Shown here: in pieces, positions 49,921 through 60,325 of the stretch
How the letters are laid out: each line of letters begins with the position of its first letter
Numbering within the stretch: the stretch's first letter is position 1
Virus record (IMG/VR): IMGVR_UViG_3300045988_101799
From: a virus
Length of the DNA stretch: 64,000 nt
Direction: 5' to 3' (one strand)
Position numbers and translations under genes: made by a program
Notes under the pieces: generated by a model
Database searches by the model: none
Seen by the model: only the letters and a program-made list of their open reading frames with translations
Told to the model about the DNA's origin: nothing

Positions 49921-49978
49921 CCCCTTTTTTACCCGCAATGCGGTGCTACGGGATAAACCCGTCAGGGCCGGGAGGGGG

Positions 49979-50743
49979 TTACTTGGTCACGGCGGAAAGG
50001 AGGCCCATCTCTTGGATGGCTTCAACCTGTCCTTCCACCGGATGCGGCTTGAACTTGAGGAACGCTTTGGCGTAGCTGTTCTTCCCGTCGCGGGAGACGG
50101 CGCGTTGTGCACCAATCTGCACACGGAAGGGCAGGGAGCCAAGCTTATTACCTTTCAACATCATGAACTGGATGAAGGGAGCACCAACGCCCGTGTACTG
50201 ATTACCTTCCGGGGTGTATCGTGCCAGCGTCCACTGGTCGCCCATGAAGTCAATAGTGAAGAGAGCGTCAAGGTCATCCTCGGTGGTACTTGCGTCCTTA
50301 ATACCCTGCGGCTTCTTAACCAGTAGCCACATGGCAAGGGCACGGTTGACCTGCGACTTGTCGAATCCTTCTGCTTCATACTCTTCCTTCGTATTCCACG
50401 TCTTAGCATATACGCCGGGCTGACGTTCGTTGTACGGGATGTATTCGCGGAAGAACTTACGAGCCTTCAATACGATACATTCAAGAGGATTATTGCGCTC
50501 GGCAACGACCAGACCGTTGAGAAGGAACGCACCCAAACTGCCAATCGGTTCTTCCAATTTGGCTTCATCGCAAGAGGCTTGCCACAGTTTGAGGTAGGGA
50601 ATCTGAATGTCCGAAGCGTCGGTCTCACCCTCGAAGGAGTGGTATTCCGTAGCGGTTGCGAGTTGATTGGGTTCCGGGGTTCCCAGTTCCAATGCGTCTC
50701 CCGGGTCTATTCCTAAGGTTTCGTGTTCGGTTTTCTTAGCCAT
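49979..50743 (-). CDS. putative ssDNA-binding/annealing protein of the recombination module
   Basis: 254-aa ORF between the Cas4-like nuclease and RuvC; assignment by context only. Confidence 0.35.
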   Translation of the reverse strand: MAKKTEHETLGIDPGDALELGTPEPNQLATATEYHSFEGETDASDIQIPYLKLWQASCDEAKLEEPIGSLGAFLLNGLVVAERNNPLECIVLKARKFFREYIPYNERQPGVYAKTWNTKEEYEAEGFDKSQVNRALAMWLLVKKPQGIKDASTTEDDLDALFTIDFMGDQWTLARYTPEGNQYTGVGAPFIQFMMLKGNKLGSLPFRVQIGAQRAVSRDGKNSYAKAFLKFKPHPVEGQVEAIQEMGLLSAVTK

Positions 50744-50852
50744 GTTATTCTAGTATTCTTGGTTTTGGGTTGAGGGCTTCTTTGGCGAGTGAACTACCCT
50801 CGGTAACTTCTCTGACGCGACTATATCACAAGTTCGAAGAAAGTCAAGATGT

Positions 50853-52067
50853 TTATTTGATTTTGAGCAAAGCCATCGCGCTCGTCACTTCCTTCACTAC
50901 TCCAAGTTCTTGAAGCTCTTCGAGTAATGATTCCTTGACCTCCTTCATCTCGGCACGGGTGGCTCCTTCAACTTTGTTTTTATCTACCACCATGTCAAGA
51001 AGCTTCGACACAGGAAGGCGGGAGATGCTGTCCAGAATTTCCTCTGGGGAAATGTACTGCTCGACGTAGGCACGGAAGGCATCATTGTCCACCTTCACGG
51101 TATTACCTCGCCGTGCATACTTCCATCCGGGAACATCAATGCCGCAAGCGAAGAGGGTCTTGGCATAGTCCTTATGCACCTTGTTGGCCTCCGCGATAAT
51201 GTTCGCAAAGGAAAGAAGGGAGCCAAGGGTTTCCGGGTTGTCCATCGCCGTACCGACATTGTCAATCATTCCCTCGGCTAGGTCCTTGTCCTTCAACACT
51301 TTGAGCGAGAAGTTACGGGCCATGCTAGTCACCTTCTTACACCGGGCGAGACGGGAACAGTAGGGGCAGACATGCGGAGAGGATGAGTAGGCATAGGGAT
51401 TCTCCGCATCACGACAATGGCGGGCAATGACTGCGGACATGTTTCCCCTTGCGGTAGCCTCGTCCATAGGGACTGCGGACATGTCGGTGGTAAATTTTGG
51501 ACCCTTACCGTCGCGGTAGAACGCCGCAATCTTCATGCTTTCGGTCTGGCTGGGTTGTACCACCGCAAGGATAATACGCTTACATTCAGGGCGTTCTGCC
51601 ATTTCCAGCAAACCATAGTAGATGAACTGGGTATTCTCGGCAGGGTCGGATACAGGGACCATCCCCATTTTGTAGTCGATAATCATGGAAGTATCGCCAT
51701 GCCGGACAAGAACGTCAGCCGTTCCGGTTTGTGCTTCGTCGTCTGGGTTGAAGACGATTCCTTCGAACTTATGTTCCGGGAGTACTTCTACCTTGTCCGT
51801 TTGTACCTCGGTTGCGAAGATGGACATGAGCCGTTCGACCATGTTGGAGGCCGCGGTGTAGAGGATGTGCTCATGCTTGGTCAAAAGGGAATCTGGGTTC
51901 TTGGTTTCGAGGGCCGCGTGAACACGGGTCCCAATGGCCGCCGGGGAGAAGTCATCCTCTTCTTCCTCTTTAGTCATGGGGCGTGGGACATATCCGGGAC
52001 AGGTAGCGAGCAATGCCATCTTACTCGGACTGTACTTGCTGTGAGTGTTGGTTTCGTTGTTAGCCAT
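50853..52067 (-). CDS. PD-(D/E)XK nuclease, Cas4/RecB-like with C-terminal Cys cluster
   Basis: GTRVHAALE ... DVLVRHGDTSMIIDYKMG (D..D-YK core) and C-terminal HCRD..CPYCSRLARC. Confidence 0.6.
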   Translation of the reverse strand: MANNETNTHSKYSPSKMALLATCPGYVPRPMTKEEEEDDFSPAAIGTRVHAALETKNPDSLLTKHEHILYTAASNMVERLMSIFATEVQTDKVEVLPEHKFEGIVFNPDDEAQTGTADVLVRHGDTSMIIDYKMGMVPVSDPAENTQFIYYGLLEMAERPECKRIILAVVQPSQTESMKIAAFYRDGKGPKFTTDMSAVPMDEATARGNMSAVIARHCRDAENPYAYSSSPHVCPYCSRLARCKKVTSMARNFSLKVLKDKDLAEGMIDNVGTAMDNPETLGSLLSFANIIAEANKVHKDYAKTLFACGIDVPGWKYARRGNTVKVDNDAFRAYVEQYISPEEILDSISRLPVSKLLDMVVDKNKVEGATRAEMKEVKESLLEELQELGVVKEVTSAMALLKIK

Positions 52068-53415
52068 TTGATGTTAATGCGTTAAAGCAAATTTCTTTTG
52101 TGTTGAGTGATTGTATGATTCGTTCCTCCACCGTACCGGAGGCGGTCACAATGTACTGCAAGGTGTGTGACTTTGCACCGAGGCGGGCGATACGTCCTTG
52201 AGCTTGCAGGAGTGACGAGAGGGAAAAATCGGGCGAGATAAGTGCGGCGCGGGGGTGGCCTCCCTCGGTATCGTGAAGCGACACCCCAGTTCCTCCTGCA
52301 CTAATCTGCACGAGAGCGAGAGGAACTTCATTCCGTTGGAACTTGTCCACCTCTTCCTGTCGGTTCTTCCCAGTCACCGCTCCACTAATCTCGGAGTAGG
52401 GAACTGTTCTCCCCGATTTATTGTTAATGAGTTCCGAGAGTGTGGAGAGACTGTCGAGGAAAGACACGAAGATGGCGACGCTATATCCACTATCCAGAAG
52501 TTCGACTGCCTTCTCTGCCATCGTGGGGAGCTTAGCCAATTCAGATTGCTGGCGAAGCCGAAGGAGTTCAACGATAGCAGGAAGTTCGATTCCCTTCTCG
52601 TTAGCCCGTTCGATGGACTGGTCCCATGATTTGTCCAGCTTGTCAAGTGCTTTCTGTAATTGTTTAATCTCTTTCATACCTTTCATGTCTACGTCCACGG
52701 ACAGATATTCGATTCTATTCTCCGGGAAGAATGTGTCAAGTCTATCCTTGTCAATCTCTGTCATAACCCCAGCAGTGAAGAGCTTTTGTTTCAGGTTCTC
52801 CATCATGGCGTGGTTACGTGGGTTGAGCTTAAACTCGATACCTCCCCAGAAGCTGTCGGTGCATCCGTGCATACGTGCCCAGAGCCAGAACCCTCGCCGG
52901 GGGTCTTGAATCCACTTGGCATATGTTGCGGGGACACTCATATCGAGGGGAGACATAAAAGGAGTGGCAGAGAGCATAATCGTCGGAAGTCCTTGATGGG
53001 CCGCAGTTAATGCCATGATGTTGCTTTGGCTACCATAGGTTTTGGCCTTATGGCTTTCATCAAGGACCAGCAAGGAATCGTCGGGAAGGGTCCAAGCCCC
53101 GAAGACTATCCGGGACTTGGGAACCTTTGTAGGGCGTTTGTAGTAGGAGGTACTTCCCCTGCGCACCTTCTCCCATGAGAGGACATCCACCGCGTCCGCT
53201 CCTTGCTGTTCAATCGCTCGCTTCCATTGGGTCACTACGATGGCAGGGCAGACGACGAGAAGTCTCTTGCCCATAGCCTTCGCGGTTTCGATAGTAACCA
53301 ATGTCTTCCCCGTACCCGTGCAGGATTTATTTATCACATAGCCGTGCCGGGTAATTGCATCCACCATATCGTGGATGCAATCTTCTTGAGGAGGGAATGG
53401 AGTAAGTGCGCTCAT
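52060..53415 (-). CDS. SF2 helicase, SNF2/DEAD-like
   Basis: Walker A SCTGTGKT, DExH-box LVLDESHKAK, helicase C-domain motifs QAQGRIARLG. Confidence 0.75.
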   Translation of the reverse strand: MSALTPFPPQEDCIHDMVDAITRHGYVINKSCTGTGKTLVTIETAKAMGKRLLVVCPAIVVTQWKRAIEQQGADAVDVLSWEKVRRGSTSYYKRPTKVPKSRIVFGAWTLPDDSLLVLDESHKAKTYGSQSNIMALTAAHQGLPTIMLSATPFMSPLDMSVPATYAKWIQDPRRGFWLWARMHGCTDSFWGGIEFKLNPRNHAMMENLKQKLFTAGVMTEIDKDRLDTFFPENRIEYLSVDVDMKGMKEIKQLQKALDKLDKSWDQSIERANEKGIELPAIVELLRLRQQSELAKLPTMAEKAVELLDSGYSVAIFVSFLDSLSTLSELINNKSGRTVPYSEISGAVTGKNRQEEVDKFQRNEVPLALVQISAGGTGVSLHDTEGGHPRAALISPDFSLSSLLQAQGRIARLGAKSHTLQYIVTASGTVEERIIQSLNTKEICFNALTSNG

Positions 53416-55331
53416 TTGCGATACTTGTCCATGATTTCAGGTTCGGCAAGGAGCGGAAGGGATGAAGCCCACTGCGGAGTTTCTTCCATTATCTGTTCGA
53501 TGCGCTGGGCGTATTCCTCGGCACGGTCAGCCGGAACCATCACTACGGCTTCGTCATGTACGAGAAGGATAGGTTGCGCACCCTCTAATTCCTTGCACAG
53601 GCGGTTGAACGTGCGGACCATGAGGTCACGTGCGATTGACTGGATGTTATTATTGCTAAGGAGGTTAGTATTGACAATGGAGGACTTGTATCCGAAATCG
53701 ACGCAGGTTGCGAAATAGGGACGACGACCATCCTTGGGTTGAATGAGTTTCTTGTAACAGTTACGATAATAGAGCTTCCGGCCAGAGGGAAGGGAGAGCG
53801 CGAAGCTATGGGAGGGGGTACGATAGCCGCGAGCCGCTAATGCGTCCAACTCTCTCCACCATGCCACCACTTCCGGGCTACGACTGCGGTACATGTCCAC
53901 AATCGCTTGGCACTGGTCCCTGTCCATTCCGGGGTTCGAGCGTTGAATAGCCTTCCATCCAGCACTAAAGCCGCAAGCAAGTACCCCCGCCTTCACATGC
54001 TGACGAAGGTCCGCTTGCCCCGGAGTTTCCTTGCAGTACTGTTTGAAGTCCTTGACATCCGCGGGGATGAGGCCCCAACCTTTCGCGTTAGCGGCATAGA
54101 TGTCCTTCTCACCAGCACGGAGGGTATCAAGAATTTTCTCCTGCCCGCAGAGCCAAGCGGTCAGACGTGCTTCAATCCCGGCCCAGTCACATACCACGAG
54201 CTTATACCCTTCGGGTGCTTGAATGGCGTTGCGCTGGTTAAAGCCCAGAACGTCTTCACGGTTAAGCTGTTGCAGGTTGAGCTTGTCGCCCCCGGCAGTC
54301 CAACGGCCCGTGCTTGCGCCACAGTAGGTCAGCGTATAGGGGAGACGTTCTATCCCTTCATGGTCAGTATAGACGCGGGAAAGCATGCGCTCGGTAATGC
54401 TAATCATGCGGTTCACGCTCCTGTACTTCCCGATAAGAGTTACCCACGGGACGAGGTGGCCATACTCTTCCAGCCAGTCCGTAAAATCTTCGCTGGACTT
54501 GCTGGTGGTTGTGGGGGGCGGGATGTTCAGTTCCTCGCACGCTCTACGTAGTTGGGGAATGGAGAGTTTCTTTTCAAGCGGGATAGCTTCCTTGTATTCC
54601 TCCTGTGCCTGATGGAGTTTCTCCAATCCGTCAAGAAGATACTGACGGGAAGTCGGAACTCCGCGCCATCCCATGATGCAGGTATTGAGCCAACAGGCGC
54701 GTTCATCTTCCGGCCAGAAGTTCTTCATCTTGTCCCACAAGGCGAGACAGTAGTAACTATCGCCCGCCACGTATTCCTTCATGTCGTCGGGGATGACCTC
54801 CATCTTGCGGAAGTCAACGCCTTCGGCCTTGGCTCGGACTTCCTTGCTAATCTCTACACCCCAAAGCTTTGCGACAATCTTGTCAAGAGAGCCATAGATG
54901 GCAAGATAGTTGGAAGCGGCACGGGAACAGAGCCACTCCTTGAAGGGCGGCCGGAAACTGGGAGTACATGGGATGCCCTTGGCCCCCGGCGCGTGAAGAC
55001 CGAAGAGGTAAACGGCATAGTCGAAGCTGGCGTTAAACGCGACGAGGGTTTTGTCCTTCGTAGTTTTCTCCCAGTCAAAATCCTTCGGATGTCCTACCCA
55101 GCAATACTTCCCGTCATAGACGGACATGATGTATGCGTCGAACCGTGGGTCCAGACAGTAGGAATGCGGGTCCATGCACTTGAGGGAGTAGTTGCCCTCG
55201 TAGTATGTTTCAAAGTCAACGGCAAGAGTATCGCCTGTGAGTTTGGTCTGGTCGTCTGTAATCTCCATTTCATACCCCGGAATGCGAGGCAGTGAAAATG
55301 ATATAGGGTTCTTATCTAATTCTTCGTGCAT
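53412..55331 (-). CDS. DNA polymerase I (family A) with 3'-5' exonuclease domain
   Basis: Exo motif LAVDFETYY; pol motifs VCDWAGIEARL (motif A), K..ANA..YG-like region and LVHDEAVV (motif C); start re-assigned to the ATG at 55331 (ATGA overlap with the upstream gene) rather than 55466. Confidence 0.85.
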   Translation of the reverse strand: MHEELDKNPISFSLPRIPGYEMEITDDQTKLTGDTLAVDFETYYEGNYSLKCMDPHSYCLDPRFDAYIMSVYDGKYCWVGHPKDFDWEKTTKDKTLVAFNASFDYAVYLFGLHAPGAKGIPCTPSFRPPFKEWLCSRAASNYLAIYGSLDKIVAKLWGVEISKEVRAKAEGVDFRKMEVIPDDMKEYVAGDSYYCLALWDKMKNFWPEDERACWLNTCIMGWRGVPTSRQYLLDGLEKLHQAQEEYKEAIPLEKKLSIPQLRRACEELNIPPPTTTSKSSEDFTDWLEEYGHLVPWVTLIGKYRSVNRMISITERMLSRVYTDHEGIERLPYTLTYCGASTGRWTAGGDKLNLQQLNREDVLGFNQRNAIQAPEGYKLVVCDWAGIEARLTAWLCGQEKILDTLRAGEKDIYAANAKGWGLIPADVKDFKQYCKETPGQADLRQHVKAGVLACGFSAGWKAIQRSNPGMDRDQCQAIVDMYRSRSPEVVAWWRELDALAARGYRTPSHSFALSLPSGRKLYYRNCYKKLIQPKDGRRPYFATCVDFGYKSSIVNTNLLSNNNIQSIARDLMVRTFNRLCKELEGAQPILLVHDEAVVMVPADRAEEYAQRIEQIMEETPQWASSLPLLAEPEIMDKYRK

Positions 55332-55714
55332 CAGTGTTTGGGTGTATTTAGTTGTTCCTTCGCTTGCGCGTAGTATTCTTGGGGTGTGCTCATAGGAATT
55401 CCGGCGGTTCTGTCCTTCTTGTACAGTTTCACGGCACGGTTCATGCGGTTTACGACTTCCCGGCATTTTTCGTTTGTGAGGAATATCCCATCCTCAAAGG
55501 AGAAACCTTCATCCCGTCCGGTCGCCGCGACGAGGCGCAATGCGAGAATGGCGATGTCGGTTGCCTCCTTTACGCGGTCCTCCGCGTCAGCTTCCCGGTA
55601 TTCTTCAATCTCCCACAGAAGATGGCGCAGGAGGTCAGCGGCGGATTCCTCTAATCCCATATAGGAGAAGTGGGAATCAACAGTTTGGGCGGCGATGGCA
55701 ATTTCGTTGTACAT
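55331..55714 (-). CDS. MazG-like NTP pyrophosphohydrolase (all-alpha)
   Basis: LWEIEEYREADAEDRVKEATDIAILALRL fits the MazG/HisE EExxE...D helix pair. Confidence 0.45.
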   Translation of the reverse strand: MYNEIAIAAQTVDSHFSYMGLEESAADLLRHLLWEIEEYREADAEDRVKEATDIAILALRLVAATGRDEGFSFEDGIFLTNEKCREVVNRMNRAVKLYKKDRTAGIPMSTPQEYYAQAKEQLNTPKH

Positions 55715-55717
55715 AGT

Positions 55718-55978
55718 TTAGAATGATATGATAATGAAGAAGAGGGTGACCAATGTTGCGGAGAGGCCAAAGATATTGACGTTCATGTCCCGGTTACTCC
55801 GTTTCAATAGATGCGTGATGGTGATGTAGATGAAGGACCACACCCACAGAACGATGAGGACGAGAATGAGCGAGAAGATGAGGGAGGCCAGTAGGGGCAT
55901 ACCATTGACCAGAAAGCCCGCGAATAGGGAGAGGTAATAGATGCCCATGTAGGGGGATAATTCTGCTAGGTCTTTCAT
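55718..55978 (-). CDS. small membrane protein (2 TM)
   Basis: Highly hydrophobic 86-aa ORF. Confidence 0.4.
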   Translation of the reverse strand: MKDLAELSPYMGIYYLSLFAGFLVNGMPLLASLIFSLILVLIVLWVWSFIYITITHLLKRSNRDMNVNIFGLSATLVTLFFIIISF

Positions 55979-55983
55979 GATGT

Positions 55984-56283
55984 CTATATGTTAATACCCA
56001 TCCAGTGGCAGAAGAGGGAGGGGACAATAAAGAAGGCAGTACCGAGAATGACCAGTCCGTAGAACATATGCTCCTTCTTCGGAATAGAAATCATGGCCGC
56101 GGCAAAGAGAATCTGAATCAGGCTCATGCCGACAACGGTCAAGAAGCACATCATCCAAGAAGACTGGGGCAGGTGTGATTTAAGGTACGTGACAAAGTAT
56201 AAAGGACAGATGAAGGCATACGGAAGCATCCGTACCATGTCCATGAAGTTATCCCTAAATCTTTGAGAGTATGTTGTAGTCAT
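55984..56283 (-). CDS. small membrane protein (3 TM)
   Basis: Hydrophobic 99-aa ORF. Confidence 0.4.
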   Translation of the reverse strand: MTTTYSQRFRDNFMDMVRMLPYAFICPLYFVTYLKSHLPQSSWMMCFLTVVGMSLIQILFAAAMISIPKKEHMFYGLVILGTAFFIVPSLFCHWMGINI

Positions 56284-56436
56284 GTTTATTGCTTGTTTGC
56301 TTTTATTATTCTATGGGATTAGCGGAACGGGATTGGCCCCGCCCCGGAATCCCGGTGACGAGGCCAATATATCACGTGTTAGATTTTTGTCAAGAAGTTT
56401 TTAGAAGAAATTTTTGAGGGAGTTGTAACTCGCTCA

Positions 56437-59367
56437 CTATCCTACAATTACTTCTTGGCGTTGTTTGTCCTGTTCTTCCCATTCGGGGAAGTCCCGATAC
56501 CAACGGGCCTTAGTACTGTCGCTTGCGTACTTGAGCCAGTCCTCTACATAAAGGAACCTCATGCGCCTCCTTCCTCCCGACATCTGTTTTGCTTTCCACA
56601 ATGCTTCATCTTGGAAGTAGGTAACGACGGCTGTCTTAAACCCGGTGATGGCCTGACGCTTAGGAACGTTGTTGGAACGGGGCTGGTCGGTTACTACTCC
56701 TGTATCTCGAATGGTGTAGAGAATTTGCAGGAGAGCTTGCGGCCCCGTATAGGTGAGAGGAATGCGCTTCCACAGGGGGTTGCCATCCTTGTCCGTATCT
56801 ACATCCCAATCAACGGGACGAAGCTGGGTTACAAAGGATTCTTCCGCGGATTCCCGCATACCATACTTGGTGTTTATCTCTTGGGACTTCTGCACTACTC
56901 GGTCTACCAACTCGTTAATGTCCTCGCTTAGTGAGTGGTAGTTCTGATGCACTTGTGCCCATAGTTGCTGTATATCTATGGAATCACGGACCTTCTTCGC
57001 CTTTGCTAGGTCTCCTCCCACACTGCGGACATAAAGGACAGAGTAGCGGCGGTTCCCCGTAGTATCCGTCAGCGGGTTGGGGTCGTTGGTAGTACCAATG
57101 AACACTGCCTTCGGATTATACTTCTGCTGGTTGCGCTGGTATGCCGCACGGGTTTTAGCAGGTTGGAGGTCAAGGGAGTTCTTCACTTCGTTAGCCTTAT
57201 CCGGGTCCGAGAGGATTCGGTCAATCTCGTCCAGCTGGATGACATGGGTACTGCTCTTCTGCACGATAGCATCCTTCTCGTTGCGAATGTCGAAGCTACC
57301 CGAAAAGCATCCGGGATAGTTGGCAAGAAGCTTAGTAGTCCAATGGGATTTACCGCATCCTTGGCCCCCAATGAAGATGGGGCAGAAGATGGAGCACATG
57401 TTGTTGACATCCTCCATCGACTTCTCCACGTGGTCGATAACCGTGTAGAGCCATGTACGAAGCACGAATTCGAGCCATTCCTTCTCGGTATAGCCTTCCG
57501 GGGCCATGCCCTCTTCCAGTTCGAGGGTATGGATGTACTGTCCCACTCGGTCAATACCATCCCAAGGCTTTACGCGCAGTGTGGAAGCGAGGGGGTGATA
57601 GAAGTAGTTGGTGGAGACACTAAGGAAAGTTGCGTCCAGTTCGTGTTGTACTTTGGGAGTGGACATCCCTCCGGCCAGATATTTGGCCCACTTGCCCGCG
57701 ATGTGGTTCACGAATTCCGGGTCGTAGGGGTAGAGCTTTTTACCCACGAGGTCCAATACCAGCTTGGTATCATTGGCAACATCGGTCACAATGCGGAGAC
57801 CAATAGAGGCAAGAAGGAATTCAACGTTCTCATATATTACGGGAACAGTGCCTCTCTTCTGGTCTCTGGTCGGGAAGTCGAAGTCAGCCCAGCGTTCCGG
57901 TTTCTTCGCCTGATAGTGCTTCCCTTCCGGCAGAGGTCCGGCCTCGGCTAGGATTTTCTTTAACGCCTCGTCGGGGTTATATATCTTAGCCAGTAGGGAT
58001 TCGGATTCAGATTCCGAAGCGGAGGGTGCGATGGGAGCGATGTCTCTGTTCTCGATGTCCAGCACATACATGCGGAACAGGTCATTCATGCTCTTCACCT
58101 TCCGGTCCTTGTCTTGGCAGGAGCTATGGAGGCAATGGAACCATGAGGTAGATGGGAAGTCCCGGACAATGTTGAATTGAAGGTCCCGGTCAGCACGATG
58201 CCCCGTACATACATGGGCGCATGCGGGGCACATGCCGTACATGTGATTCCCTTCCCAGCGCATTGCCCGGAAGCCCTCGGCCTGTTCGGTGTAGCCATTA
58301 TCGTCCAGCCACTTGGGGAACTCGGAGATAAGAATGGGAAGCGGGTCCCGCTCGGTCAGGAGGTCATCCTCTGCCGCGGGAGCCACGGTTTCCTTGGTAG
58401 CCCGTTCGACCAGCTTGTCAAGGGAGGGCACGGTAAATACCCGCGGCGTATCCTTAGCCCGTTCCACCAACTCCCCGTGGTAGAGGAACTGCAACCGGGA
58501 GATGTCCTTACATGCGGGGTCGCAGGTCAGACCGGAGAGGTTGTACACTTGGTCCCACAGGTATTTGCAGATTAGCTGGTGGCGAGCCTGACGAATAGCC
58601 GCGAGGTACTTGCCCATGTCAGGGATATGGGTATCCGTGGAATCCGTGGAATCCGTGGAATCCGTGGAATCCGTGGAATCCGTGGAATCCGTGGAATCCG
58701 GGGGTTCCGAGATGTTGAGAGCCTCGCGTGCCCGTTCATCGACTTGGACGAAGAACTTGAACCCGCCGCTGGGGCTGACGTACCCGAACAAGTAACCGGG
58801 CAAGTGGGAGAGCTTATCCTCGGCAATGCGTTTAAGTTCCTCCGTAGTGGCGGGGTTCGTATCTTCATCCTTCTTCTTTAGGTCAATGTCCAGACCAATG
58901 ATGCCGGAGTGGGACCAGAAGGAGATAGCCCGGCGCAATGCGGTACGTGGGTCAACGGTCTTCTTATTCTCGCCCAGCATAGATGAGACGGAATGGAAGA
59001 TGACGGAAGGGATGAGGGCAGGAAGCGCGTTCTTGACCTTCACCTCACCGTCAGGGCTATTCTCCTTCCATCGGGTATAGACCTTCTCATAGGCGGGAGC
59101 CAATGGCGCACGAAGCGGCCGCCCTGCCTGTTTATCGAGAAGGAGTGATAATTGGAGACTTGTCTTTAACCGCTCGTCCGCGATGTCGTTACTGCGGAGG
59201 AAGTTAATGAGACAGTCGATTGTAATTGCCTGTGGATTCTTTCCGCTTCCGGTAAAGACGCGAGGAGCGTTACTCCGCTCCAACAAATCCCAAGGCGTGG
59301 GGATTAGAGTAATGGATTGCATACTTTTATGTGTAAGGCATAGGGGCGTGGACGGCGTAGTCCGCAC
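56437..59367 (-). CDS. DNA primase/helicase (D5-like SF3 helicase with N-terminal primase region)
   Basis: Walker A FIGGQGCGKSHWTTKL, Walker B VIQLDEIDR, Zn-binding HCLHSSCQDKDRK; 976 aa; contains the (STD)n repeat. Confidence 0.7.
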   Translation of the reverse strand: MRTTPSTPLCLTHKSMQSITLIPTPWDLLERSNAPRVFTGSGKNPQAITIDCLINFLRSNDIADERLKTSLQLSLLLDKQAGRPLRAPLAPAYEKVYTRWKENSPDGEVKVKNALPALIPSVIFHSVSSMLGENKKTVDPRTALRRAISFWSHSGIIGLDIDLKKKDEDTNPATTEELKRIAEDKLSHLPGYLFGYVSPSGGFKFFVQVDERAREALNISEPPDSTDSTDSTDSTDSTDSTDSTDTHIPDMGKYLAAIRQARHQLICKYLWDQVYNLSGLTCDPACKDISRLQFLYHGELVERAKDTPRVFTVPSLDKLVERATKETVAPAAEDDLLTERDPLPILISEFPKWLDDNGYTEQAEGFRAMRWEGNHMYGMCPACAHVCTGHRADRDLQFNIVRDFPSTSWFHCLHSSCQDKDRKVKSMNDLFRMYVLDIENRDIAPIAPSASESESESLLAKIYNPDEALKKILAEAGPLPEGKHYQAKKPERWADFDFPTRDQKRGTVPVIYENVEFLLASIGLRIVTDVANDTKLVLDLVGKKLYPYDPEFVNHIAGKWAKYLAGGMSTPKVQHELDATFLSVSTNYFYHPLASTLRVKPWDGIDRVGQYIHTLELEEGMAPEGYTEKEWLEFVLRTWLYTVIDHVEKSMEDVNNMCSIFCPIFIGGQGCGKSHWTTKLLANYPGCFSGSFDIRNEKDAIVQKSSTHVIQLDEIDRILSDPDKANEVKNSLDLQPAKTRAAYQRNQQKYNPKAVFIGTTNDPNPLTDTTGNRRYSVLYVRSVGGDLAKAKKVRDSIDIQQLWAQVHQNYHSLSEDINELVDRVVQKSQEINTKYGMRESAEESFVTQLRPVDWDVDTDKDGNPLWKRIPLTYTGPQALLQILYTIRDTGVVTDQPRSNNVPKRQAITGFKTAVVTYFQDEALWKAKQMSGGRRRMRFLYVEDWLKYASDSTKARWYRDFPEWEEQDKQRQEVIVG
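58632..58703. repeat. 9-nt coding microsatellite (AATCCGTGG)x~8 encoding (STD)n inside the primase/helicase
   Basis: Six perfect plus two degenerate copies. Confidence 0.9.
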
Positions 59368-59460
59368 CCTCGTGGCCTATGGTTTGAATTGCCGAACGGT
59401 GTCCGTCGGTGTCCAAAGCTACCACGGGTTCCGGGGGTTGTCAAGTAGAATCTACGGCCT

Positions 59461-59960
59461 ATAACAAGCACGTAACAAGCAATATTTAGAGTAGTTGTTA
59501 CGGTAAGTGATTGAGTATATACGACTTAACAACTATAACAAGCATAACAAGCAAAAATCGTAGTTAAACGTGTACGCACCTCGTCCTCGTGCCGTATGGC
59601 GGTCGCGCTACGCGCTCCGCGGACCATGTTTTTATGATAGGGACAGGGCTAAATCGAAGAGGTATTGAAACTGAATGAGTTAGCGTAACAACCTATCAAA
59701 ATCTCGACGTAAGATGTTAAGAGCCAAGGACTTAACAACTGAAGCACGAAAGAGGTTGTTACGCTGGACCATTGAAACTGAATGAGTTAACAACTATAAC
59801 AAGCAAACAAGCAAATTCTACAGACTCTATATATGTGTATATATGGCCTCCCCTATACCCTCTTTTCTTATATATCTTCTATTTTTGCTTGTTTTGGTTG
59901 TTATAGTTGTTAAACTATTAAAAAAGAAGGGGTTAGCGTAACAACTACTCTAAATCATAC
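59461..59960. repeat. iteron-rich AT-rich region (putative replication origin) upstream of the primase/helicase
   Basis: Multiple direct and inverted copies of TAACAAGCA, TTAACAACTATAACAAGCA, CGTAACAAC, ATTGAAACTGAATGAGTTA, plus a TATATATGTGTATATAT tract. Confidence 0.55.
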
Positions 59961-60325
59961 TTGTTATAGGTTGTTAGTAGATGTTACAAGATTGAGAATG
60001 AATGGATTAAGAGAACAGCATTGGGCGTCAGCCCCTTATGAGTATGGGGTTCTCCGGCTAAAGAAAAACCCTTCGGAAGCAGGACATGCCTACCTCCGAA
60101 GGGCTACGCCTTGGGAACATCAACCTAGGAGATGGGTGACAGGAGGGCGTTGCTTCGAGTAGGTCTTACTTCTTACCTTACTGCCTACCCTCCGCGCGTT
60201 GCCCTCCTGTCTGGCCGTATAATACCAGCCCGCTCGAAAAAGTCAAGACAATCCTCTGCCAATATGTTATTTTGTTATGCACGCGTATATACGCGCCCAC
60301 ATGTGTGTATGCACCATCTCCAAAT

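Noticed and set aside
53412-55466. Longer PolA ORF starting at 55466
   Set aside because: The first 45 residues have no PolA similarity and overlap the MazG-like gene; the internal ATG at 55331 forms an ATGA coupling with the upstream stop
59584-59640. GC-rich near-palindrome GGCGGTCGCGCTACGCGCTCCGCGG followed by a T-run, as a terminator
   Set aside because: The arms are imperfectly complementary, so it is kept only as part of the origin-like region
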